Assembly: GCF_000143415.4 (NCBI RefSeq)
Contig: NW_003314294.1
Span: forward strand, 1,230,416 to 1,294,415
Reading direction: 5' to 3'
DNA: 64,000 nucleotides
From: Selaginella moellendorffii
Taxonomy: Eukaryota; Plantae; Lycopodiophyta
The position numbers were made by a program, and so were the translations under genes. Every line of letters begins with the position of its first letter. Position 1 is the first letter of the stretch. Shown piece after piece: positions 49,147-61,027 of the stretch. The notes beneath the pieces were generated by a model. It made no database searches, was not told where the DNA came from, and worked only from the letters and a program-made list of their open reading frames with translations.

Positions 49147-51078
49147 ATGCACCAAGCTGCGCCGCGGCGCCTGCTCGTCAGGAGCGCAGATCTCTTCTTC
49201 TCCAGGCGCTACTGTGCTTCTCCTGCCGCTGGCGCTCTAGAATCCAAATCGCTCGACGAGAATGGATCAAAGCTCGAGCTGGAGCCGTCCAAGGTCTTAC
49301 ATTTTCGCAATCTCACGCCATACATAAGACGGATGAGCGGTCTAGATCGCAGAAAAGAAGATAACATAAGGATTTCGGATTTGTTTTGCCAGGGTGAGCT
49401 TGAGAAACTGGTTCGTCCTTTTGGAAGCGTGACGAGTTACCGATTGACGACAAGGACTCAGGTGTGTACTTGTCAACAGAGAAGCTCAAAGGATCATTTC
49501 GTGTCTTTCTTTCAGGCGCTCTTGGAGATGAAAAATGTGAAGCAGGCTAAGAAGGTCGTTGATCACTTTTCCTCGGAAAAGGCACGCGTGAAGTAAGTGA
49601 TTTTTGTCTCCTTTTCCGTTTGTTCCAATTGCGTGAAAACAGGAAAGCAGAAATCTATGTTGGATTCTCACGGTTTCAAGAGCTAGAAAAGGATGTGTCC
49701 CGTCTAGCTGATCCGGTTCGTGCTAGACGTATAGCGTAAAGCCATCTAAAATCCAAACATTCTTTTGCAGAAACAAGGCCCGAGCAGCAAAGTCCTTGCA
49801 GTGACTGTTACCAATCCAATTTATCCTATCGACGTGTATGTGCTGCACAGGGTGTTCAGCCCCCATGGCAGCGTTGAGAAGATAACCATATCCCGCAAGC
49901 TTGGTAAGTTTGTATCACACTTCCGCGTGATGTCTTATGGAATCTATTCGCGTGCAGGTATTTGCGGGTACATACAATTCGATTCCGTAAAAACTGCTGC
50001 TCACGTCAAAGATCTTCTCAATGATCGTCACATTTTCGATGGTTGCTGTAAGATGGAAATACAATATGCCAAGTGTGTGCCTTGTCTGTTTCTTCACTTC
50101 ATCCTTTCTAATCGATAATGTTTTTTAAGGTCCCAGGAACTTGGAGTGTATTTCAATGATGACAACAACAGGTAGAGAGCTCCATGCCAGGCCCAAGCTC
50201 TCAGGCTAATCGTTTCTGTGCAGGGACTTCAAGGACACTTCCATTCCTTCAAGAGTACGGAGCGATCCATCGATTCTGGGTGCTCCGCCCGTTGAAAGTG
50301 TACCGGCACTAACTGCAGAGGACGCGGCCGCTGGAGCACCAGCCGTTGTTCCCACGCCTTTCATCGGCCGGCGGAAGCGGGTTGTGCGCGTGTCCAACTT
50401 GAACGTCGAGGTAATCTTCTCCTTCTGGAAGTTCGGCTGATTCTTATGCTTGGACTTGCAGAAAGTTGATGAGGACAAGCTCTTCAATCTCTTTTCTCCA
50501 TATGGAAAGATAAGAAAGGTGCAGGTGATAAAAGTCACCGGTCAGGGCCTGATAGAGATGAGCGACGCGTTTCAAGCGGAACTGGCGTCGGCCTGTCTCA
50601 AGGTAACTTCCTCCCTTTATGGAGACATGTTCAAAACTAACGTCGGCTACCATGGCTACAGGGTGCGCGGGTTTTCGAGAAAGAACTGGACACTGTGGTT
50701 GTAGACAAGGAGCTTAATCTCAACCAGAGCCGGGACTACACAGACGCGCACGACAACATTTTCTTTCCCAGCTTTGTGAGAAACTGTCGCGGTCCCTCGC
50801 CAACAATTTACGTGTGGGGACTCCCTTCAGGTGTCACCGATGCAGAGCTCATCACTCACTTTTCCCCGCATGGCGAGATAGCTGCCACTGAGGTGTTTGC
50901 ATCCGAGGAAGGGAAGCCGCGAGCACGAGTTCGATTTGCTACCAAAGAACAAGCAACCGAAGCTGTCGCTTGCAAGCAGTACAGCGTTGTCAATGGCTCC
51001 ACGATCCGGCTCGCTTTTGCGATCAATGGGAAACCAAAGAAAACGTCTAGCAGTAACGCAGCGGAGGCTGGAGACTAG
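49147..51078 (+). CDS. PTB3/hnRNP-L-like four-RRM protein, paralog B
   Basis: EPSKVLHFRNL, QALLEM, YPIDVYVLHRVFSPHGSVEKI, IFDGCCKMEIQYA, VDEDKLFNLFSPYG, ATEAVACKQYSVVNGSTIRLAF. Confidence 0.88.
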
Positions 51079-51306
51079 CCGAAAGAGAAAGAGGTACTTC
51101 CAAGCTTTCATAAATTCAACGTGTGGACTAAACCATACCAATGACCATTTCTCCTTGGTTGCAGATGTCAACGTTTCTCTCTTGCCTTCGACAGAGAAGC
51201 TGCGAATTGGAACTTTCTACGATTATGCATCACTGTGATGTCCATTTTTGACTTCGCGCAGATTAAAAGGTGTATGTTTCGGCGCACAGCCATCTGAGAG
51301 TTTGCC

Positions 51307-51920
51307 ATGGAGGGACAATCATCAAAGTATCTGATGGCTTGGCTTTTGATAGTAACAATCGAGGTCCACTTCTTGGCAGCGGGGTGTCGGCTGCTAGAGC
51401 ACGAGATCACTTCTCGGGCAGTCGTGGAAGCTTCGGTCTATTGCGAGATTTGCCACGAAGGGCGCAGCATCAAGAACATAGCACTGCCTGGTCCGTACTA
51501 TCTCCATCTCTATAAGTTCCACCAGTTCTAGTGGAGTTTACATTCTCGGCATGGTTTGATCCAGGTGTTGTTGCGTTCCTGGAGTGCAATGGTGCTCGTG
51601 TCAGTGGCAGTAGCACCACGGACTCGTCCGGGAAATGGTCGGTGGATGTTCCCAGCGGCTACAACTTGGAGAGGGATTGCCGGGTGTCCGTGCTCGAGCG
51701 CCCAAGTGGCTGTGGCTTATCGCCGGCCTCCAGCTCCATGCCAGACGTGAGACCGATCATACGAACGAGCAGCGATGGCAGGAGATTTACCGCGGCCGAG
51801 CCTTTCGTTTACAACTCTCGCGATTGTGGCGAGAATGCGTATCGCCCAAGAAGCGCTCGCGCTCTTGCGGCCTCCACGAATGCACTCAGCCTTGGCCCCC
51901 CGGATCCACCGCAGCCTTAG
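51307..51920 (+). CDS. Pollen Ole e 1-like secreted protein
   Basis: Hydrophobic N-terminus, VVEASVYCEIC, one intron, then GVVAFLEC..TTDSSGKW..CRVSVL..C. Confidence 0.7.
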
Positions 51921-52102
51921 ACCTTCTCATGACAGCTCGATTCGATACTGTATATTTCTCGTGATTCTTTTTTGAGTAAAGCATATTGTTGTATTCAAAA
52001 AATATGCCGAGTGTACGGAAGGGATATACCGCGGTCCGAGCTTGAAATGCGGGCTTGTTTTTTATAGGGCGGCGGCGGCGGCGAGAAGAGGAAGAGGAGG
52101 CG

Positions 52103-54175
52103 ATGAGGTGGGAAGAGGTGGCCAAGGAGCGCGCAACGGGCAGAAGAATCCGTCCAGGCAAGCGATGGGGTCACACGCTCACTGCCGTCAACAATGGCAA
52201 GCGCCTCTTTCTCTTTGGCGGCTATGGCAAGATCGAGACGAGCCACGTCCATGTCTTCGATTCTGGTGAGTGGATCAGATGGAAAAATTCCTTCCTTCTT
52301 ACACTGTTTCTTCGTTGTTTTGGATTGAATTTGTTTCTGGCAGTGACAAAGTCGTGGAGCAAGCCTTTTCTGAAGGGCACGCTGCCAGCTCCCCGCGACA
52401 GCCATACATGCACAGCGGCGGGATCCAAGCTCTTTGTTTTCGGTGGCACCGATGGCACGACTCCGCTGAACGAGCTCTACGTTCTTGACACGAGTAACTT
52501 CTCGACCAACTCCTAGAGCTTCCTTTCATGCAATGCGCTCTAGTCTTATCTTCTAGAGTAACTCTGTCATGCAATGCAGCAACTTACACTTGGACAAAAC
52601 CCGACACCAGTGGCGACATACCAGCGGCGAGAGAAGGACACAGTGCTGCTCTGGTTGGCGACGACCTCTACGTGTTTGGCGGCTGCGGCAAGAAGAAACA
52701 AGGCCAGGCTCAAGAAGTCTACTATGACGATCTCTATGCGCTCAGCACGAGTAAGTCCTTAACTTTGTCCTTCTCACAGTGAAGATGAGCTTTTGTTTGT
52801 GTGCGTAGCTTCATGTGTGTGGAGGAAAGTTTTGACATCGGGCCCTCGGCCTTGCTCAAGAGACAGCCACTCTATGTCGTGCTTTGGAAACAAGCTCGTT
52901 CTTTTCGGAGGAGAGGATGTGCTCAACACGTACTTGGCGGACATCTACATTCTCGATGTAGGTAAGACGTGCCCGATGAATTTCTCTTGTGAAGATTAGA
53001 TTTGTCGACTGCAGGAAGCTTGGAGTGGTCGAGGCTGGAAACGCGTGGCGTGAAGCCGGCTCCGAGGGCCGGTCACGCGGCCGAGCGTATTGGCGACAAC
53101 TTGATCATCTTTGGTGGCTTTGCGGACAAACGAACGCTTTTCGACGATGTTTACGTTCTTGATCTACGTAAGTTGGAACCTTTTTCTTTGTCTGCCTTTC
53201 CGTTTCATAGCGTCATGTCTATCTAACCTGGTCTTAACACACCTAGTTTTCCAGTGAGTGGTGAGTGGCACAAGCCAGAAGTCACGGGAAACGGGCCCTC
53301 TCACCGCTTCTCTCTCGCAAGCGATCTGATCGATCCGGAAAGAGGTGTTGTCGCACTTTACGGTGGATGTAACGGGGAGCTTGAAGCACTTCCTGAGATG
53401 TTCTTCTTGCACACAGGTATCGCACTAAATTGTCATCACTTTTTTCTTTCTACAACATTTTTGCAGATCTTGTGACTTCTACTACTTCGAATCAGCAACA
53501 GGAATGTGATGGTTCACAGCAGCAACAACAAGTGCATGAACAGCCGGAGGTGTCGTTTAAGAGGGACTTGAGAGTCAGACGGAACACAAGGCAAGCTTCT
53601 TCGTCCACTTCCTCGTCCAGCTCGTCTGACAGCGAGCCAAGCTTGAAACGCCCAAAACTAAGCGGTGAGTTTTCAAGTTTCATATCTTTTCTGCCCGGGA
53701 AACTATGAGACCCTCTTGCAGACGGACCAGAAACAAAGACCACTGCTCGAGCGGTCCAGATCCCTTCTCCTTATAGCGTCAAGCCAGTGGCCGAGAAGAT
53801 CTTCCAAGGCAAGATCACAAGCGTTTTTCATTACGGATATACGCTCGAAACCAGAATAGATGGCAAGCCTTTCCGTGGCGTGCTCTTCTCGTACAAACCA
53901 GGATTCACAGAGGCCGTAGAGTCATACTTGGCAACAGCAAAAACGAGGCAAGTCTTTGTACAGTTTCCATGTCATCTCCTTTGCGAGTGTTTGCTTTGCT
54001 TGCCAGGCCAGAGACGAATGAAAGAGTGGAAGATTTCCACGAGAAGCCATCGCTACTAGGAGAGAGCGAATCAGTATTCTATCCTCCTCCTCCAATCTCT
54101 CCGCGTAAGTACAGGGATCTACTGGGGAGTAGCAGCAATCCTTTCTTGAATGACCTTGCATGGCACTCGACGTGA
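52103..54175 (+). CDS. Kelch-repeat protein (plant type with C-terminal GKPFRGVLF domain)
   Basis: PGKRWGHTL, PAPRDSHTC, PAAREGHSA, PCSRDSHS, PAPRAGHAA with LFGG motifs; C-terminal YGYTLETRIDGKPFRGVLFSYKP. Confidence 0.9.
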
Positions 54176-54273
54176 TTGAATGCGTAAAAATCAATGTGGA
54201 TAAGTACAGTTTCCTTCTTTCGCGTAGCAACATCGAAGGGCCAAAAAAATCACCCATCTAAGTTAAAGAAAAA

Positions 54274-54344
54274 TGCACTGCCCGGGAATCGAACCCGGGT
54301 CTGTACCGTGGCAGGGTACTATTCTACCACTAGACCAGCAGTGC
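54274..54344 (-). tRNA. tRNA-Gly(GCC)
   Basis: Reverse complement GCACTGCTGGTCTAGTGGTAGAATAGTACCCTGCCACGGTACAGACCCGGGTTCGATTCCCGGGCAGTGCA: 7-bp acceptor stem, A and B boxes, anticodon GCC, T5 terminator immediately downstream. Confidence 0.97.
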
Positions 54345-54607
54345 TCTGTGTTTATAGGAGCTTCTTAATTTACACCCTGTTGAAGAGGAAGATGAGGAGC
54401 TCACAAACTTTAAAAATCACCAAATCTTTTAAAAGGGAAAACACTCTTGGGATGTTGCATAGTTCTCTGCTGGGGTTCGTCACGCGGCAAACAAGATGCT
54501 GCCTCAAATGATCGTGGCAGTTGTGACTAATGTAAACTTTGATAGAATCAAAGCTAATTAAAGCGCTTACGCCCTTATTTTCGTTGTCTGGTGTTGTCAA
54601 AGTTTTG

Positions 54608-57600
54608 ATGGAGACGAGAGAAGAGAACGATCCAGAGCTGCGACAGCCACTGCTGTGGCAAGGGCAAGCGCAAGCAAGTGATGGCGACGAGCAGCAAGCT
54701 CCGTACACAAAGGCGGGGCTCCTCAGCTTGGCCACCTTCTCGTGGGTGGCGCCTCTGCTGAAAGTGGGATCAAAAAGGGCCCTGGAATCCAAAGACTTGC
54801 CCAAGCTCGCACCCAGCGAGAGTGCCGCGGCGGTGCACCAGCTGATGAGCAGGGCATGGCAGGCAAACGCAAGCTCATCCTACCGCCTCTCTAGGAGCTT
54901 GGTGAGCATTCTATGGAGGAACTTGGCGGTGGCATCGGCGCTACAGCTGGTGGCGATGGTGTGCTCCTACACTGGACCTTACCTCATGGACGACCTGGTG
55001 CAGAGCTTGGGCGGGGCTGAAGGCAAGTCCCTCGTCATGCTAGCGCTCATCCTGCTGCTATCGGGGCTTGTTGGGGGATGGGCACAGAGCCAGGGGCTCA
55101 TACAAGGCCAGATCATCGAGCTGAGGAGCAAGTCGGCACTCACGGGTTTGCTCTACCTCAAGGGCCTGCGTCTCTCCAGCACCTCGCGGCAGGCTCATGG
55201 CAGCGGTGACATCGTCAACTACATGGCCGTCGACACCGCTGGGGTGGCCAGCTGCTTGGAGTTCATCCACCATCTCTGGCGGCTGCCTCTCGAGGTGGTC
55301 CTGGCGCTGCTCATCCTCTACAAGAGCGTCGGTATCGCGGCGATCGCGACTCTGGTGGCGACCGTGGCCACCGTCGCCGTGAACCTGCCTTATACAAGCA
55401 TGCAGGATGGATACCAGGCACAGATCATGAAGGCCAAGGACGTGAGGATGCGAGCCACAGCCGAGTGCTTGCGGAGCATGAAGATCCTCAAGTTGCAAGC
55501 CTGGGAAGAGGGTTATCTCAACAAGCTGGAAGCTCTGAGGAGAACAGAGTATGACTGGCTCAGAAAGATCTCGTATAACCGGGCTGTCTCCATCTTCCTC
55601 TTCTACATCTCGCCGGCATTTGTTGGGATCATCACCTTCGGGACTTGCATACTTCTCAAGGTACCCCTCACGACAGGCAGGGTCCTCTCAGCATTGGCTA
55701 CGTTCAGAGTTCTCCAGGCGCCTCTGAGCAGCTTCCCCGACACTTTGTCCGTACTCGCACAGGCAAGGGTCTCTCTCCGCAGGCTGTCCAGTTTCTTGCT
55801 GGAAGAGGAACTCCAAGCTGATGCTGTTTCCCAACTGCCCAGGGCTGGTGCAGGCGAGTTTGCTGTCCAAGTTCAAGGGGGTGCCTTCAGCTGGGATGGC
55901 TCTCCAGAGAAGCTCTCGCTCTCTAACATCCACTTTCACGTGTGGGAGGGCGCTACTGTGGCAGTGTGCGGCATGGTGGGTTCTGGAAAGTCAACCTTAC
56001 TCTCCTGCTTGCTGGGACAAGTGCCAAAACTTGCGGGAAAGGTAAACGTTTATATAATTGGATGCCAACATTGACTCGACCTTGACTCGACTCGAAAATC
56101 TCATGTTTTTTCATGCACGCAGGTCGAGCTGCATGGGAAAGTTGCGTATGTTGGGCAAACTGCGTGGATACAGAGTGGGAAGGTTCAGGACAACGTGCTC
56201 TTTGGAAGTCCTTTGGATCAGTCCAGGTATGACAAAGTTCTGGAAATGTGCCAATTGAAAAAGGACTTGGAGGTACTTCCTTATGGTGACCAAACAGAGA
56301 TTGGTGAGAGAGGCATAAACCTCAGTGGTGGACAAAAGCAGAGGATTCAGATTGCTCGTGCTCTATACCAAGACGCTGATATCTACTTGCTTGACGATCC
56401 TTTCAGTGCTGTCGACATTGAGACTGGAACTCACATGTTCAAGGTTCGACGGAGCTAACTCTGTATTGCGTCTCTCCCTCCATATATGCGTATATACTCA
56501 TTTCAAACCTCACATGTACAGGAAATCATCCTTAAAGCGCTAGCGTCCAAGACAGTGGTGTTAGTAACTCATCAAGTGGAGTTCCTGGCTGTTGCTGACT
56601 CGATACTGGTAAGTGAAAGCGGTTCGCTCTTGCAGATTTGCTTGTCTTTTTCTGACGATCGAAAGTTCTCAGGTTCTCAAAGATGGCTGCATCACGCAGC
56701 AGGGGACATACCAAGAGTTGCTGAAGAGTCAAGCTGACTTCAACACGCTGGTGCATGCACATAACAAGGCGATGGAGTCTGTAGATCAGAGTTCAAAGTC
56801 TCAGCAAGTTCTGCCCGCCGCCGCTGACGACAACGCTGCTGCTGGTACCATGAGTCCGCAGCCAAAACAGGCGAACCAATTGCAACAGCTGGTTAAGGAA
56901 GAGGAGCGCGAGCAGGGCAGCACACACTTGGCACTGTACTGGAGTTACTGCACAGCTTACTACAAAGGTGCCCTGATTCCGCTGATAGCCATTGGGCCGC
57001 TAGCGTTCCAGGTGTTTCAGCTTGCTGGCAACTGGTGGATGGCAGCAACCTCACAGCTTTCGGTTGCCGCAGCCAAGCTTATCGGTGTCTATGTGGCGTT
57101 GACACTCGGGGGATCACTCTTATTTCTTGGAAGGATGGTACTGATAGCCATTATGGGCCTGGGAACATCACAGATTTTCTTCTTCAACATGCTCAACCAT
57201 ATTTTCCATGCACCCATGTCCTTCTTCGACTCCACTCCAGCCGGTCGCATTCTCAGCAGGGTAAGCACATTGTTTGTTTCTTCTTGTTCACATTGAGCTA
57301 TCACTTGTTTTTGACAGGCATCTTCTGATCAGAGCGCTCTAGACCTGGACGTACCATTTCGGATTGGTGGTCTTGCAAACTCAACCACGCATTTCATATT
57401 TGTGGTTGGAGTGCTGTCGCAATCTGTGTGGCAAGTTTCAGTCGTGTTTGTGCCTGTGGCGATCCTCTGCGTCAAGCTCCAGGTGCGTGATTGATGAACA
57501 CAAATGCTTGGTTATGATCTTTCTTATCACAGAGGTACTACATGGCATCAGCTAGAGAACTGGCAAGACTTCAAGGCACGCAGAAAGCTCCCATTATTCA

Positions 57601-59033
57601 CCACTTTTCCGAGTCACTAGCTGGGGTAGCCACCATCCGAGGATTCGATCAGGAAGAGCGCTTCGCGAAACGCAGCTTTGCACTCATAGACGACTTTTCT
57701 CGGCCGGATTTCTATTCCACCGGAGCCATGGCGTGGGCGACCCTGCGACTCGAGTTCTTAACCAACATCATGTTCGCCGTCTTTTTGTTCACGCTCGTCT
57801 ACTTGTCAGGCAGTGTCGATCCAAGTAAGTTTCTCCACTTTTGTGTTGTGACATCTTATTGCGAACGGACGGCATGCACAGGTTTAGCGGGGCTGGCAGT
57901 GACGTATGGGTTGAACATGGATCTCCCGTGGGTCCTCTGGTGTTTATGTACTGTGGAGAAGGTGATCATATCCGTGGAGAGAATTCAGCAGTACAGTTGC
58001 CTTCCGAGTGAGGCTTCATGGAAAGTCCAAGCAACGAAGCCTTCAGAGAGCTGGCCTTCAGATGGAACTGTGGAGCTCGTCGACTTGCAGGTTCGAAGCT
58101 GCTAGTTCACTGCTCAAATGATGACCAAAAACACTCGAACAGGTGCGCTATACAGATACCTCCCCACTTGTCTTGCACGGCATCACTTGCAAGTTTCCGG
58201 GAGGTAAGAAGACTGGAGTTGTGGGACGAACGGGTAGCGGCAAGTCGACGCTCATCCAGGCCATCTTCCGAGTGATTGAGCCAGCGGGAGGGAGGATCAT
58301 TATCGATGGTGTTGACATAAGTCGACTGGGGCTTCATGACCTGCGTTCAAGGCTGAGCATCATTCCTCAAGATCCCGTGCTCTTTGAAGGCACTGTTCGC
58401 TACAACTTGGATCCACTCGGTCGCCATAGTGATGCTGAGCTCTGGGAGGTGAGACAAATTTGTTTTGTTTGATCTGATCTTACTGTGCTGTCTTTTCTTT
58501 GCAAGGCACTGGACAAGTCTGAGCTTGGCGACTTGGTACGCAACAAGGAGGGCAAACTTGAGGCATCTGGTACAGTCTACACCCGAGTCTACGTTCGATC
58601 TCGTACATCGCTTTAAAACTCGTGCGTTTTTCCAGTCTCAGAGAATGGAGAGAACTGGAGTGTGGGGCAGCGCCAGCTCTTGTGCCTAGGGAGGGTGATG
58701 CTCAAGCGTGCCCGAGTTTTGGTGCTGGATGAAGCTACTGCTTCCGTGGATACTGCGACTGCTGCGGTCCTTCAGTCGACCATTTCGAAGGAGTTCACTG
58801 GCTGCACCGTCATTACCATCGCTCACAGGCTGCCTACAGTCATTGGCAGTGATCTCGTCCTCGTCCTAAGCGATGGTAAGCAACTCTGTTTCTCTCTTTC
58901 CAGGCCTAAGAGAGATAACTTTGTAGGACGAGTGGTGGAGTATGATGAACCCACGAAACTGCTTGACAAGGGCTCTTCACATTTTAGCAAGCTCGTCAGC
59001 GAGTACTCTGCGAGCAAGATTTGTAGCACTTAG
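54608..59033 (+). CDS. ABCC/MRP-type ABC transporter (no TMD0 visible)
   Basis: [18 protein letters not shown]1, NBD1 GMVGSGKST / [10 protein letters not shown] / [13 protein letters not shown]2 [16 protein letters not shown]2 GRTGSGKST / [14 protein letters not shown] / LDEATASVD. Confidence 0.95.
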
Positions 59034-59138
59034 CATTAAACCTGTCATGACCACATCACCGCATGAACTATCCGGCATCCGATGTGACAATATAGTTAAG
59101 AATCGCTATACATGATAACGTAAAGAAGATAACTTTGA

Positions 59139-60483
59139 TCAGCACACTCTGGAGGGCTGAACTCTTCGAGAGCGGAGCCTTGCGGCGATATGCTGCGTTT
59201 GCCGCTCTTGTTTCACCGCCACCACTGGCTGCTGCCTGTTGCATTCCTCGCCATCTTCTTCCGAGTCCGATATCACCAGAATCACCCGGTCCTCATCGCC
59301 ACCGTATCTAAGCTCCCGCTTCACAGGAGCCTCGTCCTCGGAAGATACCGTGTCCTTAGCAGCCACTTTCTTCTTTGCTCGAGCCCTGGCCTTCTGATTC
59401 TTCTTCTTCCCCTGGGTTGTCTTCTTGATGCTCTTGCTCTCATCCTTGATCACGTCTTCGTCCTCACTCTCGAGCTCTCCGTCCTTCACGACATCACCAG
59501 CAAGCTCAATTTCCTTCCCTTCCTCGCCACCACGCCGCGTGAGAATGAGAAAATGTGCTACAGACTTGTAGCCCATCCGCAAAGCCTGCACAAACAAGCA
59601 AAAAAGCTACGTTTGTTACGGCACAAAGCTCGTGTAGCTCTCTTTACCGTCCTGTAGAGATTCCCAGTGGGAGCCCAGCCTTTCCTGGTCCGGCAGATGC
59701 TACAGTTGCAGATGCCTCTACACACCGGGCACTTCCAACTCTTGTCCGCAAGAGCTTCCTTGACGTTCTCTCCATATCTATATGCAAAAGGAATCTAGAA
59801 AAGAGACACCTTGGAAAGCCTTACCTCATGAACAGGCAGTCGCCGCAAAACTGGCCGTGCAGCGACTCACACTCGTAGCAAAAGGTGCGAAGACCGACAG
59901 TCTTTTGCCTGTAGATCATCAACCAAGAAAGGAGAGATAGGCATTGGAGAGAAAGAAAGAATGGATGCTAACCTGCATTGGTGGCATGTTTTGCCGGAGA
60001 AGGCGTCGTAGATTCGCTCCCCTCCATTGTAGCCATCCACGAAGAGCTGCCACTCCTCCTTGGCGCAGCCCAGGAGCTTCTCGTGTTCTTGGGTGTACAC
60101 CTCCGGGATGGGGCCGCCGGTTCCTGCAAGGCGCCCACTACGACGAGAGCGGCGCTCGGATGGAGAGGAGCTTCGTTCTTGCACATCGCGATAGCAAGGA
60201 GCCGGACACGACTGGAGCCTGGACAAGGAAGATAAAGAAATGGAGAGCTATTGGAGGAGAAAAGAAAGAAAAGAGACAACCTTGCCGATCGCCTGGAGGG
60301 TCCAGAGGGTCGGACGACGGCGGGCGTGGGCGGCGGCCTCCTTTTCTTGGTGGCAATGTCCGCGGACATGGATTCTTTGAGGGCGCCCAGGCCCAGCTCC
60401 TGCATTCGCTTGCGATTCTCTTCGATCCTCGCCTGCCGGATGAGCTCGTACTCGCCCATCTCCTCTCTTTTCCTCTTGGGCAT
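59139..60483 (-). CDS. CDCA7-like zf-4CXXC_R1 zinc-finger protein
   Basis: YELIRQARIEENRKRMQELGL, GKTCHQCR/QKT..FCYEC..GQFCGDCLFMR/YGENV..WKCPVCRGICNCSICR..GWAPTG..GYKSVAHFL. Confidence 0.9.
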
Positions 60484-61027
60484 TCTCCTCCTTTGCGCCA
60501 GAGAGAGAGTGAGAGAGAGAGAGAGAGAGAGAAGGCCAAAAAGAAGAACGTTCGTTCCCTAGGGTTTTGAGGGGGGTTCTAGGCACCTACTTTTGCGCCA
60601 GTTGGACGACCACAATTCTGCCAGCTAGGCAAAGCCTGTTATTTACCATGTTGACCGAAGTTGACAAAAACCCATTTGATAGAAAAATAACAGAGCCTTG
60701 ATAAAGATCGTTACAGGCGCGTAGAAAGAAAATATTTGCAAGAAATTCTTCTTGATCTTCTGACAGGACCTTGATCTTCTGACGAACGAGTCTCTTCTAG
60801 TTTCTTTTGGACCCAAATCCAAAAGCGATCGATCGAGCTTGCATCAAAGATTGAGCAGCGCTCCCCCAAAGACGTTTCTCAAGATGCATAACTTTTACGT
60901 AGCCAAAGTTTCATAAACCTTTTGCTACTCTCATTTCTTCCCGAGAGGCTGGAAGAGATCCCTTGCAACTTGTCTACCAGGCCCTCAACTCCCTTGGGCT
61001 TAAAGGCCCATACCACAAAGCCACACT

